From sequence record NC_010153.1: 36,895 bases of DNA. One strand, given 5' to 3'. The position numbers and the translations under genes are program-made. Under the pieces are notes generated by a model. It was not told the DNA's origin. It saw nothing but the letters and a program-made list of their open reading frames with translations, and ran no database searches. Shown here one piece after another: positions 8,292 to 15,584 of the stretch (positions within the stretch are counted from its first letter, which is position 1; the number at the start of each line of letters is the position of its first letter).

Positions 8292-8385
8292 ATCGCCCGA
8301 TAAATGATGAGGGCGTTGTGATTTGTGTTGTTATTACGATACACGTTCTCATGAGCCCCACTTCCGTGGGGCGATATGTCTTTTT
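8292..8385 (+). ncRNA. Putative small RNA 3 (7 hexamers, 8315-8356)
   Basis: Same 5' stem; T every 6 nt from 8316 to 8352; perfect GCCCCAC-ttcc-GTGGGGC hairpin; T5 at 8381-8385. Confidence 0.75.
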
Positions 8386-8423
8386 CATGACGAAAATTTT
8401 ATAATATTCAAAGTTAAAGTGTT

Positions 8424-8520
8424 ATCGCCCGATAATAGATGAGGGCGTTGCGATTCGTTTTGCTTTTGTGGTACACGTTTTCATGAACCCCACGGGGGTG
8501 GGGCGATAATTCTTGTTTAT
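8424..8520 (+). ncRNA. Putative small RNA 4 (7 hexamers, 8447-8488)
   Basis: Same 5' stem; T every 6 nt from 8448 to 8484; CCCCAC-gggg-GTGGGG hairpin; T-rich tail; no in-frame start codon near the putative 5' end. Confidence 0.75.
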
Positions 8521-8659
8521 TCCCTTTTTTTCTCACTTTGCAAATATTTTTACTATTCTGGACTTTGAAAAATATTGAAAGATAGAAGAAAGAATAAAGT
8601 AGAAAAAATATCCAAAAAGTGAAAAAAATGAAGTATAAAAAATAAAATAGGGAAAAAAA

Positions 8660-9013
8660 TCATTTGACTTGAATCCATCCTTTGTTACTTTTGAATACGT
8701 AGAAATATGTGTCTTTCCATTCTTCGTGATCCGAGTCTTCAGTTACTTTTATTACAACTTCTCTTGTTTTTGGAATTATGGCAACGTCTCTTACTAACGT
8801 TTTTCCGTAATTCTCTTCTTTCTCTTTCAATGTTATTGCGATAACGTCTCCGTATAGTATACTGTATTTCCTAACGAACCAGTCGAAATTACTAGTGTCG
8901 TCTATTGTCTCTATTTCCAGAATAAAGTTTCTCTCCGGCTCATTTTTTTCTGCTTTTTGAATTAATTCTTTTAGTTCTTCTTCGCTTATTTCATTATTTA
9001 GTTCCTGTTGCAT
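8660..9013 (-). CDS. Acidic hypothetical protein, 117 aa (anti-defence candidate by context)
   Basis: ORF track; promoter/SD cassette identical to that of the 223-aa gene. Confidence 0.85.
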   Translation of the reverse strand: MQQELNNEISEEELKELIQKAEKNEPERNFILEIETIDDTSNFDWFVRKYSILYGDVIAITLKEKEENYGKTLVRDVAIIPKTREVVIKVTEDSDHEEWKDTYFYVFKSNKGWIQVK

Positions 9014-9187
9014 ACTATCCCCTGCTAATAATATATAGCAAATGGATATATAAATGTTTCTCTATTATATTCTCTTTTTAAAGAGAGGGGGATATTCTCT
9101 TTTTCTCCTTTCTCTGAAAGAAAAATTGGATTGATAATAGTATCATGATTTTTGCTTTAAATAGTATTACTGTGTAATTATCTAATT

Positions 9188-9340
9188 ATGAGCCTAGAAT
9201 ATGAAATTCTAAAAGTTGAGTGCAAAGAAAATAACTGTTTTATTACCTTGAAGTTAATAAGAAATGGCACAGTAGAGATTTTCAACTCTGTACCAATTGA
9301 AAATATAAACAAACTGATAGAGAATTTCTCATTTTTTTAG
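9188..9340 (+). CDS. Unannotated 50-aa ORF MSLEYEILKVECKENNCFITLKLIRNGTVEIFNSVPIENINKLIENFSFF
   Basis: Manual translation; TTTAAATA at 9156-9163, 24 nt upstream; T-run at the stop. Confidence 0.6.
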   Translation: MSLEYEILKVECKENNCFITLKLIRNGTVEIFNSVPIENINKLIENFSFF

Positions 9341-9399
9341 TCGAAAAATAATTTTTGATTCTGTGTAATACTGAATTGGTTTTCTTTACATATAGGAAA

Positions 9400-9725
9400 A
9401 AGTTTACACTTATCTTATCACAATTTTACTAGTTGTACTTATACTTTAGTAATCTAGTTTACACTTAGTTTTTTTGAAATGTTATCGGTGTGCTCATTTT
9501 TTATTCCAAGAGGAGAGATTAATTAACGTTTGTCTGCACAAAATTCTACTATTCTAGTTTATACTTTTGTAGGCAAATTTAAATTGTAAACCAGGCGGGA
9601 AAGTCTTGTAATTGTCAAGTTTGAATTATAATAAAAGAATTGAGAGGATTAGAAAATTATGAAGAGGAGTGAGATCAATTAACGTTTGTCTGCACAAAAA
9701 CCTACTAGACTTACTTATACTTTAC
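9400..9725. repeat. Intergenic direct repeats (candidate origin or protein-binding sites)
   Basis: 23-nt exact repeat aattaacgtttgtctgcacaaaa at 9521-9543 and 9677-9699 with similar flanks; RYTTAYACTT motif at 9402, 9437, 9457, 9557, 9713. Confidence 0.7.
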
Positions 9726-9964
9726 TATTCAGATATACGCTTAGCTGATTTACAATTAATATAGAAATTTTATTACAAAAATTTGAAAAATTGCTTATGA
9801 ACTTACTTATTGCCCCAATTTAGGGTATTTTCTCACTCTAGAACAAAGTTTTTAAGCAATTTTTATATTATACATGATATATTTTGTAAAGCGCAATAAA
9901 GTGATCTTAATGTGGAGAAAAAGATATATAAGCTTATAATCAAATATATATAGTAGGGGAGAGT

Positions 9965-10219
9965 ATGCAAGAAGGAAACGTGACAATAAAAGTGACTGAA
10001 GAGGAAACAAGAAAGAGATTAGAAAAAGAATTAGAAAAACTAGAAAAGGTAAACGAAATTTTAGATAATGTAAATAAAGTTATGGCGGAGTTAAGTGATA
10101 CATGTCATATGGCGATAGAGTCAATGCCAAGCGTAAGAAAAGAATTAATAGAACAGTGTTCAAATGTTCAGAAACAATTATACAAACTATATGATATAAT
10201 TTCTGATACAGTATATTAA
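9965..10219 (+). CDS. Coiled-coil hypothetical protein, 84 aa
   Basis: ORF track; TATA boxes and SD GGGGAGAGT upstream; T-run terminator downstream. Confidence 0.8.
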   Translation: MQEGNVTIKVTEEETRKRLEKELEKLEKVNEILDNVNKVMAELSDTCHMAIESMPSVRKELIEQCSNVQKQLYKLYDIISDTVY

Positions 10220-10412
10220 AGTCAATTCTCTTTTTTTTATTCTTCTTTCATTCTTGATGGAGAGAATTCTGAGTTATACTATTATACATATATTATATAT
10301 ATGAATTATGTGTTTTCTCTCATTCTTGATGAAGAGAATGAGACAACATGCATTATTCATATATATAATATATGTATAATAGTTGCCAGAAAAAGTTCAA
10401 GGAAAAACGATT

Positions 10413-12092
10413 TTATTTTGATTCAAAAATTATACCTTCATATTCTTTCATTACAAAGCTATATCTTTGGTCAAACTGTCTCTGAAAGATTTCGTGATTA
10501 TATGCTATATCTAATATTATCCCTTTCTGTTTATTTTTATACGGGCGCATTACCCGCCCTATCCTCTGGACCAACTTTATTCGGCTTTTCCCTTGTGATA
10601 GTAATATAATCAATTTTAGATTTGGAATGTCCAGCCCTTCATCCGCAAGACTTGTAGCTATTAATGTTTGTATTTTGCCATTTTTCAGATTTTCTATTTT
10701 TCTCATTCTTTCCTCAAGTTTTGTTTGAGAAGTTACGTAATCCGCACTAATTCCATTTTGGTTAAACAACTCTGATAATTTCTTAGCAGTGCTAATTCTT
10801 CTAACAATTATTAGTGCCGGATACGAGTTTATTTCTTTTATTTTTTCTAGTATTTGCATGTTTGTACCTGGCGAATTTTCAAATAACCTCAGCAATAATG
10901 AGTAATATTTTGCAAATTCCATGTCATCTTTTTCTTTTTCCAATTTCTTTATTTTCTCTTTCAATTTCTTTGGAACTTCTGGTACAAATGGAATGTACTC
11001 TAGAGGCACTAAATAGTGATTTTTAACTAGTTCCTGATAATTAATGGAATATGATATTCTTCCTAGTAATCCTGTAATTTCTAAATCTCTTCCGTCTTCT
11101 CTGAAGGGAGTGGCGGTTAAGCCTAGGCGTATTGAATTTGGCGCATCAACTAGCAAAGATTTGATACTACTGGTGGGCGTATGGTGTGCCTCGTCTATTA
11201 TTATTAAGTTCGAATTATTAATAATATCTCTAAGCTTATCGTTTTTTCCTCTTTTCTTTTGCGAATAATAGTAAGATATTGATAATGCTATAAGATTGCT
11301 ATCTTTTTCTTTTTTCAATTCATTAATTTCACCTGATACTATCGCAAAGTCTAGATCTTCTCTTTTTGCAAACTGTTGAAATTGTTTCAAGAGTGTAGTT
11401 GAATTTACTGCGTATACAATTTTAGAATTTTTCTTGTTTTTCAGCATTTGTAACGCTGATATTATTGCAATTACAGATTTTCCAGAGCCCGTTGGAGCTT
11501 TTATTATTCCAGTGCCAATTATGTTAACATCAGAAAGCCATGATCTTATTGAATTTATCTGGTAATCTCTTAACTCAAAGTTTTTCAATGTAATGTCGTG
11601 AAAACTGAAATTGGCAAATGGTTTTATTTTTATCTCATTGGTATTTAACAATCTCCAGTATAACCCTCTATAAGTTACGAAGAAATTGTAATGTTCCCAT
11701 GCTAACAATATTTCTTCTTCTTCATATTTTCCTCTGTCATAATCGAATTTCTTTAGCTTATATGTCAATAATTTTTTGTATTTCTCAAGATCATCGTAAA
11801 TATAAATATAGTTCCCTTTGATTTTGGCAAACACAATTTCTTTCGTAGAATTAATGTAAGGCGATAATATATTGTAAATTTCTTCTCCGATATAATCTTT
11901 CAAGAAATCCGCAATTCTTTTCAATTCTTCTTTTTCAATCCTGGAAATTTTAAGCTCGTTCAAATACCAGGTCTTGGTACTTGGATCAAAGTCCGCAATT
12001 TCTTTTATCGCTAGTAGGTATTCTCTAAATTCGTCTTTCTCTAAATACTTTGTTAGTTTAGGGATAGGAATTTTATTATTGTTAAAAGACAT
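10413..12092 (-). CDS. SF2 helicase, XPB/Rad25/UvsW-like, about 559 aa
   Basis: LRDYQ Q-motif, APTGSGKS, DEAHH, GLTATPFREDG, EGLDIP, QRIGRVMR. Start placed at ATG 12092 after SD GGTGA (ORF track uses GTG 12107). Confidence 0.92.
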   Translation of the reverse strand: MSFNNNKIPIPKLTKYLEKDEFREYLLAIKEIADFDPSTKTWYLNELKISRIEKEELKRIADFLKDYIGEEIYNILSPYINSTKEIVFAKIKGNYIYIYDDLEKYKKLLTYKLKKFDYDRGKYEEEEILLAWEHYNFFVTYRGLYWRLLNTNEIKIKPFANFSFHDITLKNFELRDYQINSIRSWLSDVNIIGTGIIKAPTGSGKSVIAIISALQMLKNKKNSKIVYAVNSTTLLKQFQQFAKREDLDFAIVSGEINELKKEKDSNLIALSISYYYSQKKRGKNDKLRDIINNSNLIIIDEAHHTPTSSIKSLLVDAPNSIRLGLTATPFREDGRDLEITGLLGRISYSINYQELVKNHYLVPLEYIPFVPEVPKKLKEKIKKLEKEKDDMEFAKYYSLLLRLFENSPGTNMQILEKIKEINSYPALIIVRRISTAKKLSELFNQNGISADYVTSQTKLEERMRKIENLKNGKIQTLIATSLADEGLDIPNLKLIILLSQGKSRIKLVQRIGRVMRPYKNKQKGIILDIAYNHEIFQRQFDQRYSFVMKEYEGIIFESK

Positions 12093-12182
12093 ACTGCTCT
12101 CACTCACCTTAATATTATATAAGGCAAAAGGATATATAAATATTAACTATAAGAAGAACTAGAAAGAGAGATAAAAAAAGAA

Positions 12183-13205
12183 TTAGAATTCGAACATTTT
12201 TGTATTTTCATCTAATTGATAAGTATATCTATACATGTTTTTTATTTTCCAGTATCTCATATAATTGGAAATCCTAATGCACCACATTACGTCTCTATAA
12301 TCAACCCCGCAGAGTGCAGAGAACGCAAGGTCATTTACACTAAATCCTACTATTTTGAAAATTATTTGATTTGTGCCGTCGTAATCATAATCTATTACTG
12401 TGAAATTCTGAATTCTTCTAATCCCCTGTAGACTTATCCTGTCTCTATTAAATTTGTAGACGGGAGAAAGGAAGTATTGTATGTAAATAATGTCACTTAG
12501 CTTTAGCCTGTCTCTTAGTATCGTTTCTGGGAGTATTGTAAATTCCTCTTTTTTCACAATTTTCTTATTCATTAACATTTTCAGAATGGAATAGCTAATT
12601 TTTCTATTCCTAATCGCTATCTTGAGCGGTGTTGGCAACTTTCCATACCTCTCCACGTAGTATTTTCTTCCTTTGTTGCTTATTTTCATTAAAGTCAGGT
12701 ATTTTCCATTTATCTGATTCCTGGAGAAGTTAATTGAATTAGCAATTTCTCTCTCATCATTTGTTAATTTAAATTTTGCGTTAATTATTGCATTTACTCT
12801 TCTAGGAAACGTGTTAATACTGAGTTTCCTCTCGCTCATATTAATTTTAATATCTACGTATTTTATCCAGAAACTTAGAAACTCTTCAAATATTCTATTT
12901 AGAATAAATGCTATATGTATATCTTCAATTTTATTCACGTCGTCGAATGTTATATCTATTTCGTCTCCTTTTCTTTTCACTACAATTTCGTAATTATAAA
13001 CCCAAATCCTCATGATTCCAGTTATATATTTTCTCAAATAAAATTTAAAATCCTTTAAATGATAATTGTATTCCGCTACGTAAAATTCATCTTTATAATT
13101 ATCCCAATTTTCGATAATGTCTTCTATTCTTGGTATTTCTTCTAAAAGGATGTATCCTTTCTTTTTTGCTACTTTTTCTCCTTGCATAATATTTGCCACC
13201 CCCAC
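12183..13205 (-). CDS. Hypothetical protein, up to 340 aa, paralog of 13947-14858
   Basis: C-terminus ALCGVDYRDVMWCIRISNYMRYWKIKNMYRYTYQLDENTKMFEF aligns with its paralog. Confidence 0.85.
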   Translation of the reverse strand: MGVANIMQGEKVAKKKGYILLEEIPRIEDIIENWDNYKDEFYVAEYNYHLKDFKFYLRKYITGIMRIWVYNYEIVVKRKGDEIDITFDDVNKIEDIHIAFILNRIFEEFLSFWIKYVDIKINMSERKLSINTFPRRVNAIINAKFKLTNDEREIANSINFSRNQINGKYLTLMKISNKGRKYYVERYGKLPTPLKIAIRNRKISYSILKMLMNKKIVKKEEFTILPETILRDRLKLSDIIYIQYFLSPVYKFNRDRISLQGIRRIQNFTVIDYDYDGTNQIIFKIVGFSVNDLAFSALCGVDYRDVMWCIRISNYMRYWKIKNMYRYTYQLDENTKMFEF

Positions 13206-13266
13206 TATTATCTTGTGTAGAAAAGCTTATAAATTTGTGTTACTACATTTATATTAGGGAAAGCAA

Positions 13267-13635
13267 ATGCAAGTCCTACAAGTAGTCAAGGAAAAGCCAA
13301 AATTAAGTCAAGACGTGAATTTTTTAGCATCGTCAGTCTACGAAACCCACGACTTGAGAGACAAGATAAAGCCTGGGCAAAAGTTCGTCATTAGACAGGG
13401 CGATTTAATCGTGGCAAACTACTCTATAGACTATCCAAGAAGGCACGGATTACGTTCTGTAGACCCAGTAACGGTGAATATCAATGGAAGGTTAATTGAT
13501 GTGTTTAGAGATTCTCATTTTATTCTACATACTGAAGAGTTTATGTCAATATATCATTCCGAACACGGATTAGTGATAATACCAGCAAAGGGACAAAGGT
13601 TTAGCTACTACGTTATTAATGAAGCGATTGATTGA
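13267..13635 (+). CDS. RQGD...HxEH motif protein, 122 aa
   Basis: VIRQGDLIV, SHFILH, IYHSEHGLVIIP, C-terminal ...AID. Confidence 0.85.
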   Translation: MQVLQVVKEKPKLSQDVNFLASSVYETHDLRDKIKPGQKFVIRQGDLIVANYSIDYPRRHGLRSVDPVTVNINGRLIDVFRDSHFILHTEEFMSIYHSEHGLVIIPAKGQRFSYYVINEAID

Positions 13636-13669
13636 AAAATTTATATATTTTTTTTCCTTTTATCTACTT

Positions 13670-13945
13670 ATGACATACACTCTATACATTTCAAGAAAAA
13701 ATTTCCCTAGGTTGGATTCGCTGTGTAAGGAGTATTCGTCGTACAGAGAGTGTATTTTAAAGCTGGTCGAGAAGAAGTACGGAGTTAAATTTGAGAAAAG
13801 GTTCAATAATCACAAGAGGACAAAAACGGGGCAGTCTTTGTGTCTTCATCTATATGACGACGAGGTTGACGTTCTGAAGAAAATAGCAGAACAGGAAGGA
13901 ACGACGGTTCGAAAACTTGTTCTTAGTTTGTTAGGCGTAGAATGA
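13670..13945 (+). CDS. Tandem ribbon-helix-helix-like protein, about 91 aa
   Basis: MTYTLYISR...; SLCLHLYDDEVDVLKKIAEQEGTTVRKLV is an RHH pattern; TTTATATA at 13640-13647 supports ATG 13670. Confidence 0.75.
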   Translation: MTYTLYISRKNFPRLDSLCKEYSSYRECILKLVEKKYGVKFEKRFNNHKRTKTGQSLCLHLYDDEVDVLKKIAEQEGTTVRKLVLSLLGVE

Positions 13946-13946
13946 T

Positions 13947-14858
13947 TTAAAATTCGAATATTTTCGTTTTATCATCAAGTTGATAAATTTTTTTATACAC
14001 ACTTTTTATCTTCCAGTACATCATATATCTCGGAAGCCTGACACACCACATTCTGTCCGCATAATCAATCCCACAAAGTACAGCTTCTTTGAATAAAGGA
14101 GTGTACTGGAATATAAATTTAAGAAGAAGCTGATTTGACTTATCATGATCAACGTCGACAAGAATTAGACCGTTCGGTGGAAATAGCCTACCAAAATTTA
14201 TCTTATTGTGGTTGAATTCTAGTACATTTGAGAATGACCACGTCTCAGGTTTTGCGATGAGCCTCAGTACTTTTCTATACACGTTAACGTCAAAGTTTTC
14301 TCTCATTATTCCTTTCTGTAGTAACATTCTCATTACGTCATACTGTAATTTTCTGTTTTTCAAGAGAATGTACTCGCTAGTTGACATTTTCTCGAATTTT
14401 TTCTCAAAATAAGTTACATCTTTTCCATTTATCCTCACGATCCTGAATCCTGACAGGATGTCTAGGAAAATGTATCTTTTAGTGTTTTTGTCTGTCGCTA
14501 TTATTTCTAGATTCTCGTCGTTAAGTTTGTAAAATGAATTATTGTAAATCACTCCATACACTTTTTTCCCTATTTTAAAATTGCACCCGAGGAATGAATT
14601 CAGGTAACGTGCTTCAAATAAACTTTTCTCTCTGGTGATGTTGTTGACGACAATCTTAAAGTCGTTTTTTCTCTTGTAAACGTCGACCCTTGTTTTCACG
14701 ACGTCAATTGTCAACTTTCTCTCGTCGCTTTTCACGATTTTTACTGCAAAATCTGATATATTGGACACGTAGTCTGTCACATAAACTTCGTTAACATCTA
14801 CTTCGTTAAACTTGTTTAATATCGTGAAGACGTACGGAAAGACAATAAGATATTTCAT
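13947..14858 (-). CDS. Hypothetical protein, about 303 aa, paralog of 12183-13205
   Basis: C-terminus VLCGIDYADRMWCVRLPRYMMYWKIKSVYKKIYQLDDKTKIFEF; ATG 14858 forms an ATGA overlap with the upstream RHH stop. Confidence 0.85.
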   Translation of the reverse strand: MKYLIVFPYVFTILNKFNEVDVNEVYVTDYVSNISDFAVKIVKSDERKLTIDVVKTRVDVYKRKNDFKIVVNNITREKSLFEARYLNSFLGCNFKIGKKVYGVIYNNSFYKLNDENLEIIATDKNTKRYIFLDILSGFRIVRINGKDVTYFEKKFEKMSTSEYILLKNRKLQYDVMRMLLQKGIMRENFDVNVYRKVLRLIAKPETWSFSNVLEFNHNKINFGRLFPPNGLILVDVDHDKSNQLLLKFIFQYTPLFKEAVLCGIDYADRMWCVRLPRYMMYWKIKSVYKKIYQLDDKTKIFEF

Positions 14859-15157
14859 GCAGGAATCACAACTAATTCTTTCAGGAATCTGTTGAGGGTA
14901 GTTCCCCTCTTTTTCAGCTCTAGTCTTACCAACATTTCGTTTCTTTTTTCTAGTTTGCAATTTATTCTATAGTATTTCTTTCCGTTTACGACGATATAGC
15001 TACCTTCCAAATCTTGTCTTTTGTAATCTCTAGTTTTATCTTCGATGTTAAAGTACTCCTTCAATATTTTTCTGATTACTGCCGGTACACTAACGCCTTC
15101 TTCCTGTGCCTTCTTTCTTAGGAATTCAAACACTTCTTGTTCAACTGTTACCATCAT
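14855..15157 (-). CDS. Tandem RHH transcription regulator, 100 aa
   Basis: MVTVEQEVFEFLRKKAQEEGVSVPAVIRKIL and YRINCKL...KKRGTTLNRFLKEL. Confidence 0.8.
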   Translation of the reverse strand: MMVTVEQEVFEFLRKKAQEEGVSVPAVIRKILKEYFNIEDKTRDYKRQDLEGSYIVVNGKKYYRINCKLEKRNEMLVRLELKKRGTTLNRFLKELVVIPA

Positions 15158-15242
15158 GTTACATCATGACAATTATTTGTAGTGCAATATTTAAACCTTT
15201 CTTTTAAGTTAAATTTAAAAATGTGCTATCATAAAGTTTCTT

Positions 15243-15533
15243 ATGGAGCTTGTTAAGATTTCCGTAAGGTTTAATCAAAAGTTGAAACTTATTTTTGATA
15301 ACATAAAACCACGAGATAAGACTAACGACGGGTTTTTGCGTGAGCTTTTTAGCGAATGTAGTGACGTCGTCGAGAAGGTGAGTTACGATCTGGGTGAGAA
15401 TTTGAGACCATATTGCCTAAGGTTGTCTCCAGAACTAGTAAAGAGTCTTGACGGTCTAGGCGAGAAGCTAGGTCTGTCTAGGTCAGAAGTTATAAGGCGA
15501 TTGATTTATGCGAGGGCGAAGAAACTGTGTTAA
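15243..15533 (+). CDS. Tandem RHH/CopG-like regulator, 96 aa
   Basis: YCLRLSPELVKSLDGLGEKLGLSRSEVIRRLI is a CopG signature. Confidence 0.8.
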   Translation: MELVKISVRFNQKLKLIFDNIKPRDKTNDGFLRELFSECSDVVEKVSYDLGENLRPYCLRLSPELVKSLDGLGEKLGLSRSEVIRRLIYARAKKLC

Positions 15534-15584
15534 TTGCACAGGTGGTGAAACCTGGGTTCTACATTGACTATAAGGTGAGGAGCC

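Larger units (their letters stand above)
7981..8530 (+). repeat. Array of four promoter-bearing ~132-144 bp units with conserved ends and hexamer-periodic variable cores
   Basis: GAAAR(Y)TTTATAA boxes at 7986, 8121, 8265, 8397, each exactly 27 nt before the first stem; conserved (A/T)TCGCCC...GATGAGGGCG and CCCC...GTGGGGCGAT flanks. Confidence 0.92.

Noticed and set aside
8160-8310. Box C (ATGATGA) suggesting C/D sRNA or TIGR array
   Set aside because: Present only in units 2 and 3, no CTGA box D, unit size far from the 36-nt TIGR period, and no Nop-domain gene in the window.
8036-8488. Diversity-generating retroelement template repeats (AAY-rich on the minus strand)
   Set aside because: No reverse transcriptase and no matching variable repeat in a gene.
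8036-8509. Units as short peptides (VRVAIYVIVAIPLDVNPGVVGR..., VRVKVYVIVILTVHMTMNPGVVGR, VVICVVITIHVLMSPTSVGR..., VAIRFAFVVHVFMNPTGVGR)
   Set aside because: The frame is open and alternate NTN codons would give a beta-strand pattern, so this is not excluded. It is disfavoured because unit 4 has no start codon near its 5' end, GAGGG abuts the GTG with no SD spacing and is sequestered in a stem, stop positions differ, indels are multiples of 6 rather than merely 3, and hairpins and terminators bound the cores.
7981-8530. Canonical CRISPR array or mini-array
   Set aside because: No identical 24-37-nt repeats and no Sulfolobales ...ATTGAAAG repeat end in the units. Each unit has its own promoter, and the spacer-like cores are periodic rather than random.
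8574-8581. ATTGAAAG (Sulfolobales crRNA 5' handle) just downstream of the array
   Set aside because: An AT-rich 8-mer expected a few times by chance in this genome; no repeat context.
9732-9741. Reverse complement matches 10 nt of the concatenated unit 1 triplets (AGCGTATATC)
   Set aside because: Does not extend; chance-level for a 10-mer over many possible windows.
10301-10609. 102-aa plus-strand ORF and the many 60-110-aa ORFs antisense to long genes
   Set aside because: Shadow ORFs overlapping well-supported genes, with biased composition.
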